From Candidatus Micrarchaeota archaeon (GTDB lineage: Archaea; Micrarchaeota; Micrarchaeia; Micrarchaeales; Micrarchaeaceae), in contig CAYNNI010000043.1 of NCBI GenBank assembly GCA_964398805.1, positions 1-34,153 on the forward strand: a DNA stretch of 34,153 nucleotides. The letters run 5' to 3'. A program made the translations under genes and the position numbers. The notes below the pieces were generated by a model. It worked only from the letters and a program-made list of their open reading frames with translations, searched no databases and was not told the DNA's origin. Every line of letters starts with the position of its first letter. The first letter of the stretch is position 1. Positions 7,704 through 15,105 of this stretch are shown one piece after another.

Positions 7704-8414
7704 TCACTTCTTTCTCCTTCCGACGCGCCTTGCGGCTATGTGGCCGACCTTCCTTCCCGGTGGCGCGTTCCTGGAGGTCATGCTGCTTTTTCCCTTGTGG
7801 TGCTGCTTGCCTCCGAACGGGTGTTCGGACGGGTTGAGCTTCACGCCTCTGATTCCGGGCCAGAACCTGTTGAGCGGCTTCTGGATGTGATAGCTCTTGC
7901 CTGCCTTCATGCGCGGCTTGTCGGTCATTCCGCCGCCGGCGATTACTCCGAGCTGCGCCTTGCACGCGCTGCTGAGCGTCATGCTTGCCCTTGAGGGAAG
8001 CGTGACTGTGGTAACATTGCCGGCATGAGAGGCGACGTACGCCACTGCGCCGGACCCCCTGGCGAGCTTGCCGCCGTCGCCTGGCTTGGACTCTATGTTG
8101 TAAATCGGGATGCCCTCTGGGACGTCCTTGAGCCTGACCACGTTCCCGAGGGCGTACACTGGCTGCCCCGCTACGTGCAGCTTGTCTCCGACCCGTATCC
8201 CCTCCGGCGCTATCAGGTAGCTCGTGGAGAGGTCCTCGTAGAGGATCTCCATTATCGGCGCGGTGCGACCCGGGTCGTTGATGAGCTTCACCACCTCGCC
8301 GACGATCTCTTTGTCGGTGTTGGGGTAGCTCACGCTCGTGCTGAACGTGTTGGGCTTCTTCGCGTAAGCGTTCGAGCCCTTTCCGCGCCTCTGCTGCCTA
8401 AGCATCTTACCCAT
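7704..8414 (-). CDS. rpl2: 50S ribosomal protein uL2
   Basis: The 236-aa ORF reads MGKMLRQQRRGKGS...SEHPFGGKQHHKGKSSMTSRNAPPGRKVGHIAARRVGR. Confidence 0.95.
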   Translation of the reverse strand: MGKMLRQQRRGKGSNAYAKKPNTFSTSVSYPNTDKEIVGEVVKLINDPGRTAPIMEILYEDLSTSYLIAPEGIRVGDKLHVAGQPVYALGNVVRLKDVPEGIPIYNIESKPGDGGKLARGSGAVAYVASHAGNVTTVTLPSRASMTLSSACKAQLGVIAGGGMTDKPRMKAGKSYHIQKPLNRFWPGIRGVKLNPSEHPFGGKQHHKGKSSMTSRNAPPGRKVGHIAARRVGRRKK

Positions 8415-8667
8415 AGCTAACCAACTTCAGTTTTTCAGCAACATCGCTCGCCTTGTACTCCTTGGCGAGCTTTATGAAAGCCTTCTTTGCATTGGAAGGT
8501 ATGTTTATTGTGCGTATGCCCGCAACCTTCACTCCGAACATGCGCTCGAACTCCTTTGCGATCTCCTCCTTGCTGGCCCGGTAGTCTACGACGTACGTTA
8601 TGACGTTGCTTCTGTTGACTGCGCCCACGGCCTTTTCCGTAGCTATCGGATGCTTGAGTATTGACAT
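8407..8667 (-). CDS. rpl23: 50S ribosomal protein uL23
   Basis: The sequence MSILKHPIATEKAVGAVNRSNVITYVVDYRASKEEIAKEFERMFGVKV starts from the ATG at 8667. An alternative GTG at 8676 would overlap the uL4 stop. Confidence 0.9.
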   Translation of the reverse strand: MSILKHPIATEKAVGAVNRSNVITYVVDYRASKEEIAKEFERMFGVKVAGIRTINIPSNAKKAFIKLAKEYKASDVAEKLKLVSYG

Positions 8668-8672
8668 GAATA

Positions 8673-9449
8673 TCACTTGCGCAGAGAAAGCCTTGCTATC
8701 GACTTCTCGACGTCCCTGACCGCGTCTTCGCTCCAGAGGGCGGCGATGCCGCTACCGCCTGGCGCGAGCTTGCCCGCAGTCAGCCCTTCGATGGTGCAGA
8801 CCTCTACGCCAGGAATGTTCCTTGCCGCCTTGATCGCGTCGCAGTCCTTGCTCGTGACGAAGAGAAGCGCATTCCTGAAATGGCGCCTCACCGCATAGCG
8901 CCTGCTGGTGCTTATCCTGGGCGCGTGGCTCTGGCTTACGAGAGCCGAAAGCTTGAGCTTGCCCAGTATTTGCAGCATCTCCTTGGTCTTCTTCACCGAT
9001 TCTATCGCGTTTGCGACGACCATTGGAGAGGCGACAGCGGATTTCTTCGAGACAGAAGCGGAAATGGCGCTTGCGATCGCCTTCTGGTACTCCTTTGTGT
9101 TGATGCGCTCCGTTATAATCTTTTCCACCTTGTGCGGATGCGCGCGCCTTCCCTTTGTTGCGGAAGGAATGCGCTTGACCTTGCCCTGCACGCCGCCGCC
9201 CAGCTTCTCCCTCGGCCTTATCGCGATTCCCATGTGCCTTCCAGAACGGTATTCGTGCATCCTGCCGAAGTAGGCTGCGCTCGTCTGCATTCCTGCCTCG
9301 ACGAAGCGGCCTTGGGGCTGGTGCTTGTAGGAATCTTCCGCGTGGATCGCGCGCAGTATCAAATCGGTCCTTACCGGCTCGGAGAACGCGCGCGGAAGCT
9401 CCATCGAGCCCTTCACGCTGCCATCTATGCCGTATACGTTAACTGCCAT
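8673..9449 (-). CDS. rpl4: 50S ribosomal protein uL4
   Basis: The 258-aa ORF reads ...QPQGRFVEAGMQTSAAYFGRMHEYRSGRHMGIAIRPREKLGGGVQGKVKRIPSATKGRRAHPHK, and sits at the expected position between uL3 and uL23. Confidence 0.92.
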   Translation of the reverse strand: MAVNVYGIDGSVKGSMELPRAFSEPVRTDLILRAIHAEDSYKHQPQGRFVEAGMQTSAAYFGRMHEYRSGRHMGIAIRPREKLGGGVQGKVKRIPSATKGRRAHPHKVEKIITERINTKEYQKAIASAISASVSKKSAVASPMVVANAIESVKKTKEMLQILGKLKLSALVSQSHAPRISTSRRYAVRRHFRNALLFVTSKDCDAIKAARNIPGVEVCTIEGLTAGKLAPGGSGIAALWSEDAVRDVEKSIARLSLRK

Positions 9450-9453
9450 AAGC

Positions 9454-10398
9454 TCATCTAACTGATATGTAAGACACCTTTGGCTCCTTTATGGCGCCGC
9501 GGCCCCTCATCGCCTTCCTTATGCGAACTATGCGCTTGGACGGGCCCGGAACGGAGCCGCTTACGACTATGTAACCGTTCTTCACCACGCCGTAGTTCGT
9601 GAACCCGGCGCTCGGGACGATGCTCTTGTCTCCGGCGGCACCTATCTTAAGTATGCGCTTGTTGAATTCTGTCCTGTAGTTGAATCCCATCTGGCCCGAC
9701 TGCGCCACGGTGTAAAATATCTTGCCCGGAGTCGCGGGTCCGAGAACTCCGACGCGCCTCCTCTTCGCGGTGGCCTTGTGCCACAGCTTTGCTATCCCGA
9801 ACCTCTTGACTACGCCCTGCCAGCCCTTGCCCTTGCTTATTGATATCACGTCGATGAACTCCCCGCTCTTGAATACCGCATCGGCACCTATGCGCTTGCC
9901 CAGCAGGCCTGAGATGAAATTGAACTTTTCTTCGGCGCTCTTTCCGCCGACCAGAGACTCAAACCTTATCGGATGGTGCTGACCCACTGGGGTGCTCTTC
10001 GGGTGGGCAACGATCAGCGCAGTGACATCGTCGAATTCGCCGAGCCTGGACTTCAGCTTGTTCAGCTTATCTTCGTCTATCTTCCTGCCCTGGCCTTCAG
10101 ATGGAACGCCAATTATTTCAGCTGCGGTCGACCTGTAGCCGCTAAGCGGATCCTTGGAATAGAAGCGCATGCCGTATACGCTCGTCTCCGGAATCTCGAG
10201 CACGGTGCACGACCTGCTTATCTCCGCGCCCTTGGCTGCCGACTCCGAATCGTCGGTCATTATGACGTGGGTCATGCCTGCCTTGAAAGCGATAATGCTG
10301 CATATGCATGGCGTGCCCGATTCCGGTGCAGAGCGCATCCTGGGCAGGCGCTTTTGGGCGCGCCGTCTGGGCCAATATTGCATCGAGCCTTTATGCAT
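9454..10398 (-). CDS. rpl3: 50S ribosomal protein uL3
   Basis: The sequence MHKGSMQYWPRRRAQKRLPRMRS...FKAGMTHV...GKGWQGVVKRFG starts from the ATG at 10398. An in-frame GTG lies at 10407. Confidence 0.93.
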   Translation of the reverse strand: MHKGSMQYWPRRRAQKRLPRMRSAPESGTPCICSIIAFKAGMTHVIMTDDSESAAKGAEISRSCTVLEIPETSVYGMRFYSKDPLSGYRSTAAEIIGVPSEGQGRKIDEDKLNKLKSRLGEFDDVTALIVAHPKSTPVGQHHPIRFESLVGGKSAEEKFNFISGLLGKRIGADAVFKSGEFIDVISISKGKGWQGVVKRFGIAKLWHKATAKRRRVGVLGPATPGKIFYTVAQSGQMGFNYRTEFNKRILKIGAAGDKSIVPSAGFTNYGVVKNGYIVVSGSVPGPSKRIVRIRKAMRGRGAIKEPKVSYISVR

Positions 10399-10490
10399 GC
10401 CTTTCACTGAATTTGACTCCTACCGGCGCAAGAGGAGCAGAAAATCTGCTGTCGGGACGTCTGCGCCATATTCTTTTCTATTCTATACCC

Positions 10491-10499
10491 TTTTATATC
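10491..10499 (-). promoter_or_regulatory. Candidate TATA box of the ribosomal-protein operon
   Basis: The minus strand reads GATATAAAA about 95 nt upstream of the uL3 ATG. The implied leader contains the hairpin AGCAGA-AAA-TCTGCT at 10435-10449. The same AT-rich motif also reads TTTTATATC on the plus strand, so the direction is ambiguous. Confidence 0.3.
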
Positions 10500-10595
10500 T
10501 TTTTGTGCCGTTGGCGTATGTGGAAGTGCCGCCGCGGCCACAAACGCGAACGTGAAGCGGAACGGGCGCCGAAACTGGTCAGCTAATTTCGAAAT

Positions 10596-11110
10596 TTGGT
10601 AGCGCGCGCCGATTGGTCCGTATCGAACTATGAGCTTTACTGGATTGATTTTGGGCCTACGGCATTTGGAGCAAGATGGACAACCACTCCGAATATTTTG
10701 AATGTCCAATTCGATGGTTTCGGCATCTACGGGAGTGTGGTACCGGTTCGTTTTCGTACATTCTGGAAACAACTTCATCTGGTATGTTAATGGGGCGCAA
10801 ACGAACTCGCAGGCCATTGGTGGAACTGTAAATTCTGTTACAAATAATGTGCTATTCGGGAAAAGAAATGGCGGCTCGCAGAAATTTAATGGCCTTATCG
10901 CGAACATCCAGATCTACAATGCCTCGCTTTCGGCAAGTGAGGTTCGGGGGCTCTATGTAGAGGGCATTGGGGGCGCTCCTGCCCTCATCCAGAACCTTGT
11001 GGGCTAGTGGCCGCTGAACGGCGACGTGAAGGACTGCAACGGCAACAACAGAGTCCCGACCGCAGTCACGTACTCTGGCAGCCGGAGCGGCGGATATGCG
11101 TTGCGCTGAT
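10596..11110 (+). pseudogene. Remnant of a LamG/concanavalin-A-like lectin-domain surface protein (frameshifted, in-frame TAG, truncated)
   Basis: Frame 1 (10596-10790) reads ...WIDFGPTAFGARWTTTPNILNVQFDGFG. Frame 2 (10702-11007) reads GVWYRFVFVHSGNNFIWYVNGAQTN...FNGLIANIQIYNASLSASEVRGLY, the classic LamG C-terminal pattern. After LVG-TAG the same frame continues WPLNGDVKDCNGNN...SGGYALR-TGA, which looks like the start of a second LamG repeat. There is no signal peptide or intact start. Confidence 0.6.
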
Positions 11111-11144
11111 CGAGCAGGAGGCAGGAATCCGGCAGGGAGATGTG

Positions 11145-11414
11145 CTATAGCTTCGTTGCTTCTATTATCTGGAGTTCTCTCAGGACGGTGTTGGTCGACG
11201 CCATGAGCGCAGTCACGTCCTGGGCGCTGATTTCTATGCGCAACCTGTCGCGCGCTTCTCCGATCCTGACGCTGCTCCGCTTATATCTGCGGTACCCGTA
11301 CGCAGCGAGGATGCGCATGTAGTTCAGTGCCGGATCTTTTTGATAAAGTATTACGGCGTGCAGCCTTTCAGTCTCTCGCTTCGCGGACGAACGTCGATTC
11401 GGAATTCTTTCCAC
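11145..11414 (-). CDS. Hypothetical small basic protein, or the shifted C-terminal part of the upstream Brix-like gene
   Basis: The 89-aa ORF starts at a GTG and has GC3-rich, coding-like codons. Its frame is closed 3 codons upstream of the GTG. It overlaps the end of the 11368-11730 ORF by 47 nt. I recognise no family. Confidence 0.3.
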   Translation of the reverse strand: MERIPNRRSSAKRETERLHAVILYQKDPALNYMRILAAYGYRRYKRSSVRIGEARDRLRIEISAQDVTALMASTNTVLRELQIIEATKL

Positions 11415-11730
11415 CTCTTTCTATCGTAAATTTTCCTGCCACAGCGGCGAGGGCGTATTCCTTGCCCCAGGAATAGCTCGCCCCCAATTTCGAGACGTGG
11501 ATGAGCTCCAGGCTCTTGGCCTTGCCTGTGCGGATCATGATGACTCTCTGGAAGCCCTCCGCCGCGGCATGCGCCGCAAGAGACCTTATGCTGCTCTCGC
11601 CGCGCACGCGCACGCGCACGTTGTCGAGCATCCCCTTGATGTATTTGCATGCGTTTTGCGCGTCCTTGCTTCGAGGCGATGCACCTTTCGAGAAGGTGAC
11701 GTACGGCATGGCAGCACTAGTTCCTGACAT
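11368..11730 (-). CDS. Brix/Imp4-like ribosome-biogenesis domain protein (possibly truncated)
   Basis: YVTFSKGASPRSKDAQNACKYIKGMLDNVRVRVRGESSIRSLAAHAAAEGFQRVIMI follows the archaeal Brix N-terminal pattern (iTTSRkPS.RtRsf.kdL..v.pn....nRGk.s...l...a...g..r...i). It overlaps the eL15 stop by 14 nt. At 120 aa it is shorter than usual archaeal Brix proteins. Confidence 0.45.
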   Translation of the reverse strand: MSGTSAAMPYVTFSKGASPRSKDAQNACKYIKGMLDNVRVRVRGESSIRSLAAHAAAEGFQRVIMIRTGKAKSLELIHVSKLGASYSWGKEYALAAVAGKFTIERGGKNSESTFVREARD

Positions 11731-12283
11731 TGCTCCTCCTGCTCGGCCGTGCCTTGAATGAGCCGATGCCCTTCTCTGACAGGCCGCGGTGCCTCTTTCC
11801 TGCAGCTGTGAGGCCCCTGTATGCCCTGCCGCGCTGCCCTATCACACCCCTGTAGACAGGATCGCTCGTCAAAGCGGGGCTTGACCTGTCCAGCAGTATG
11901 ACCTCGTAGAACTTCTGGTCCCCGGTGTCGCCTACGAAATATGAGTTGAGCACTTCGCAGTTCGAGAACTTTCGCGCTGCGCGCTCCTCGGCAATGGCCT
12001 GAAGCGACTTGTTGTACGAGTAGAACTTCCCCATCTTGGTTGGCTTCCGGCCTCCAGTAACCTCATGCCTCTTGCTCCTGCCCTTGCCCACGCGCACCCG
12101 CGCTATCGTCACGCCCTGCTTTGCCTTGTAGCCGAGCTCGCGCGCCCTGGCTATATTGGTTGGCTTGTCCGCCTTGAATATCGACGGCTCGGCGCTCCAC
12201 CTGACGAGGCGCGCCTTGTAGAGCGGCGACTTCTCCTTGTAGCCCTGCCTGAAGGCTTTTCTCATTGAGCGGTACATGTTCAT
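11717..12283 (-). CDS. rpl15e: 50S ribosomal protein eL15
   Basis: The sequence MNMYRSMRKAFRQGYKEKSPLYKARLVRWSAEPSIFKADKPTNIARARELGYKAKQGVTIARVRVGKGRSKR starts from the ATG at 12283. The track start at 12427 adds an implausible Cys-rich leader. Confidence 0.9.
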   Translation of the reverse strand: MNMYRSMRKAFRQGYKEKSPLYKARLVRWSAEPSIFKADKPTNIARARELGYKAKQGVTIARVRVGKGRSKRHEVTGGRKPTKMGKFYSYNKSLQAIAEERAARKFSNCEVLNSYFVGDTGDQKFYEVILLDRSSPALTSDPVYRGVIGQRGRAYRGLTAAGKRHRGLSEKGIGSFKARPSRRSNVRN

Positions 12284-12404
12284 GAAAACACAATACCGTT
12301 TTGACTGAGAGCAATTTATTACTTTGCATACATTTATGCTTGCCCGGGGCGGGGAGGCTTTACAATTGCGCAAAGATGCCTCTTCATATTGCCAAAAAAC
12401 CGAG

Positions 12405-12416
12405 CATATAAATATA
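12405..12416 (+). promoter_or_regulatory. Candidate TATA box for the TFE gene
   Basis: The motif atataaatataa lies 34-45 nt upstream of the ATG at 12450, in the divergent eL15/TFE intergenic region. On the minus strand a second AT-rich motif, GTAATAAAT at about 12310-12325, could serve eL15. Confidence 0.45.
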
Positions 12417-12449
12417 AGTTCCCTCATAAATGTATACGGTGCTGTTTAA

Positions 12450-13199
12450 ATGAAGGGGAAGGCTCGCAAATCCAAGGGGGGTCGGAAGAGGGTGACTGCC
12501 GTGAAAAGGGCGGCGCCCAGGATCCACAAGGCTCAGCGCGGCAGGATTATACATCCCGCCAGGATTAGGAAAGCGCATGCCGTGAAAAGGACAGGCGACA
12601 AGATCAGAAAGACGCGAAAGGCAGCCGCGCGGGCGGGCAAGGAAGCCGATGAGGTCAAAAAGGCAACGATGGGCCTTCCTGCCGCTTTGGAGACCAAAGA
12701 CGCCATTGATGCTCTGTTGCGCAACGAGCGCGTCATAGGCTATCTCAAGAAGAATGTCAGCAAGAAGGTTACAGACGTAATATCGCTTCTCACGGCGCCC
12801 AGAACTGACGAGTACATAACCGAGAAGCTGGGCATAAAGATCAACGCCGTCAGGCGCATGCTTAACATAATGCAGAACTACGGCATAACCAACTACTACG
12901 TTTCTAAGAACAAGGATGGCTGGCTGTCCTTTGCGTGGTACGTGAATACCGGCAAGCTTCCCTCTTTTCTCGAGTACGTGCAGACTGTCGAAGCGGAGAG
13001 GCCGATGATCGATGCGGACTGCAACGACTATTTTGTGTGCAACGGCTGCTACAGCGAGAGCAGACTCATCTTCACCTTTGATGCGGCGTATGAGGCCGGT
13101 TTCAAGTGCAGCGCATGCGGAAAGGTCCTTGAGCGCGTGGGCGACAAGACGGATGTGGAAAAGCTGCTCGCGGCAGGCGCTGCCCCGGAAGAGGAATAG
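12450..13199 (+). CDS. tfe: Transcription factor E (TFE-alpha, TFIIE-alpha homologue) with a ~73-aa Lys/Arg-rich N-terminal extension
   Basis: The winged-helix part reads TDEYITEKLGIKINAVRRMLNIMQNYGITNYYVSKNKDGWLSFAWYVN. The zinc ribbon reads DCNDYFVCNGCYSES...FKCSACGKVLE. The N-terminus reads MKGKARKSKGGRKRVTAVKRAAPRIHKAQRGR.... An alternative internal start (MGLPAALETK) lies at 12669. Confidence 0.85.
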   Translation: MKGKARKSKGGRKRVTAVKRAAPRIHKAQRGRIIHPARIRKAHAVKRTGDKIRKTRKAAARAGKEADEVKKATMGLPAALETKDAIDALLRNERVIGYLKKNVSKKVTDVISLLTAPRTDEYITEKLGIKINAVRRMLNIMQNYGITNYYVSKNKDGWLSFAWYVNTGKLPSFLEYVQTVEAERPMIDADCNDYFVCNGCYSESRLIFTFDAAYEAGFKCSACGKVLERVGDKTDVEKLLAAGAAPEEE

Positions 13200-13330
13200 C
13201 TCCTCCGGACGTTTCTGCTGGATGAGATGGTTTTGGGTTGGCGGCGTTTTGCCGACGCCGAAATCCAGAAACGGTTAATAAGATTGCGACATACATATTC
13301 TTGGCTGTAATGCTGTGCCTTTTGCTACGT

Positions 13331-13405
13331 AGCGAGGTAGGGTAGTCTGGAGTGCCCGCCGGGCTCATAACCCGGAGATCGATGGTTCAAATCCATTCCT
13401 CGCTA
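13331..13405 (+). tRNA. Initiator tRNA-Met (anticodon CAU), no intron
   Basis: It folds as AGCGAGG TA GGGT AGTCTGGAG TGCCC G CCGGG CTCATAA CCCGG AGATC GATGG TTCAAAT CCATT CCTCGCT A. The A1:U72 pair and three consecutive G:C pairs closing the anticodon loop are archaeal initiator signatures. No CCA is encoded. Confidence 0.85.
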
Positions 13406-13520
13406 TACCATACACTTCCACTATTCATACCATGCTCATGTGTATTTATTTTATCTTATCTCAATCTAATCAACAATATAATAGAGTAAAGGGAGCGAAT
13501 ACCGGAACTGTGGTGTCTAT

Positions 13521-14012
13521 ATGGAAGATTATATGACCTATGATTATCTCTGGCAGCTGTGCCAAAAGGAGAAGCAGACAAACCAGCTGCTCCTCATACC
13601 AAAGACTTTCTATGGCGACATAACGGCGTTCATAGGAGCGCTGGACGAAACCAACGACAAGAGCGCGCAGATAAAGTCCAACGCCACCAAGCTGCTGAAA
13701 GAGCTGTTTGAGAGCCGAAAACAAAAAATACTGCTTTACATCGCCCATGGCAAGGAGCTTCCGCAGCCCGCAAGCGCGCCCGAAACCGAGTTCTACAACA
13801 GCGTAGTCCAGGCGATGCGGGCGAGCAAGATGGACCTTGACGGCAAGAGCGATGTCCATACCACGCTGCGGTCGCTGGTTGATCTGCCCGAGATAATACT
13901 GCCCTCGGGCAACAAGCTCGGACCCCTGAAGAAGGGCCAGACCCTGGATACGACGGTATCGGACGATGACCTGAATTTCCTGGTGTCGAATTCGATTTGC
14001 ATTAATCAATGA
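13521..14012 (+). CDS. GINS-family DNA replication complex subunit (Gins51/Gins15-like)
   Basis: The N-terminal part reads TYDYLWQLCQKEKQTNQLLLIPKTFYGDITAFIGAL. The C-terminal part reads LVDLPEIILPSGNKLGPLKKGQTL...DLNFLVSNSIC. This matches the archaeal GINS pattern (yeeL...ek.s..L..lp.dfy......; iP.f.g.dg..ygP...gd...lp...a..Li.rg.a). Confidence 0.6.
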   Translation: MEDYMTYDYLWQLCQKEKQTNQLLLIPKTFYGDITAFIGALDETNDKSAQIKSNATKLLKELFESRKQKILLYIAHGKELPQPASAPETEFYNSVVQAMRASKMDLDGKSDVHTTLRSLVDLPEIILPSGNKLGPLKKGQTLDTTVSDDDLNFLVSNSICINQ

Positions 14013-14021
14013 CGTGATATT

Positions 14022-14306
14022 ATGGAAGTCCCAAAAGAGATTATGACATACTGCCCAAAATGCAACAAGCATACGATGCACTCTCTTGTTGTTTGGTCTA
14101 GGAAGGCCCAGCGCGGCCTGAGCGTGGGCACCAGAAGGCACAACAGGAAAATTGTCGGCTACGTCGGCAAGGTAAAAGGCAAAAACATCGTGAAGAAGCT
14201 GTCAAAGAAGCAGCTCGCGCTTCTCAAGTGCAAGACGTGCTCCTTCACAGTGAAGCGAATCATGGGCGCCCGGTCCCGGAAGAAGCTGGAAATAAAGCGC
14301 ATGTGA
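14022..14306 (+). CDS. rpl44e: 50S ribosomal protein eL42 (L44e)
   Basis: The 94-aa ORF reads YCPKCNKHTMHSL...RRHNRKIVGYVGKVKGK...LKCKTCSFTVKR, with a zinc-ribbon CxxC...CxxC. Confidence 0.9.
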   Translation: MEVPKEIMTYCPKCNKHTMHSLVVWSRKAQRGLSVGTRRHNRKIVGYVGKVKGKNIVKKLSKKQLALLKCKTCSFTVKRIMGARSRKKLEIKRM

Positions 14307-14310
14307 TTTC

Positions 14311-15105
14311 ATGGCAAACGTCCCGCGGGTCGGAGAGCACGTAATCGCTTACATAACCAAGGTCAGCAGGTTCGGCGCCTACTGCAGGCTTCTCGAATAC
14401 AACGACTTGGAGGTGTTCCTTCCGATAAGGGAGGTGTCCTCTGGCTGGATAAAGAACATAAGGGAGCATGTGCACGAGGGCCAGAAGGTCGTAGCCAGCA
14501 TACTATTCTACGACAAGGACAAAGGCACCATCGACGTGTCGCTCAAGCGCGTCACGCAGGGGCAGGCGAAGGAGAAGCTCCGCGCGTACAACCTCGAGAA
14601 GAGGTTCGCGGGTCTTTTCGCGCAGTCGGTAAAGATGGCGGGGCTTTCCGGGGAAAAGGCCTCGCTGGTCCAGAAGGCGCTTACCGAGTTTCCCAATTAC
14701 ACCGAGCTGATGGACGGCGCAATGTCTGGCTCGGACAGCTTCAAGAGCTCCACGCTGCCCAAGAAGCTCAAGGACATGCTCATCGAGAACTTCGAAGCGA
14801 GCAAGAAGAAGCGCAGGTATGTCGTTGCGTACACGATGAGGCTGTCCACCTTCAACACACTCTCCGGCGCCACCGAGCTCAGGGACATAATCTCTTCCGT
14901 GAAACAGCTCGGGATAGAGGTCAATTACATAGGCGCGCCGCGGTATAGGCTCGTGGCCGAAGGCGAGGACTACACGAAAGCCGAGGAGAAGATAAAGCAG
15001 GCGTCGCAGCTCATCCAGTCCAAGCTCAAGAAGGGCGTTTTCGAGATGGAAAAGGAGAAGCTCAAGAAGGCCAAGGAGGACATACTTACCGCTGCCCAGG
15101 CGTGA
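14311..15105 (+). CDS. eif2a: Translation initiation factor aIF2 alpha subunit
   Basis: The S1 domain reads PRVGEHVIAYITKVSRFGAYCRLLEYNDLEVFLPIREVSSGWIKNIREHVHEGQKVVASILFYDKDKGTIDVSLKRV. Length is 264 aa. Confidence 0.92.
   Translation: MANVPRVGEHVIAYITKVSRFGAYCRLLEYNDLEVFLPIREVSSGWIKNIREHVHEGQKVVASILFYDKDKGTIDVSLKRVTQGQAKEKLRAYNLEKRFAGLFAQSVKMAGLSGEKASLVQKALTEFPNYTELMDGAMSGSDSFKSSTLPKKLKDMLIENFEASKKKRRYVVAYTMRLSTFNTLSGATELRDIISSVKQLGIEVNYIGAPRYRLVAEGEDYTKAEEKIKQASQLIQSKLKKGVFEMEKEKLKKAKEDILTAAQA

Noticed and set aside
10404-10907. A 167-aa minus-strand ORF upstream of uL3.
   Set aside because: It would run through the operon promoter region. It is antisense to the LamG-like reading frames, which have a real domain signature, and has no recognisable features itself.
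13470-14141. A 223-aa minus-strand ORF spanning the GINS and L44e genes.
   Set aside because: It is antisense to two plus-strand genes with recognisable family patterns. It would also run through their promoter region and has no motif support.
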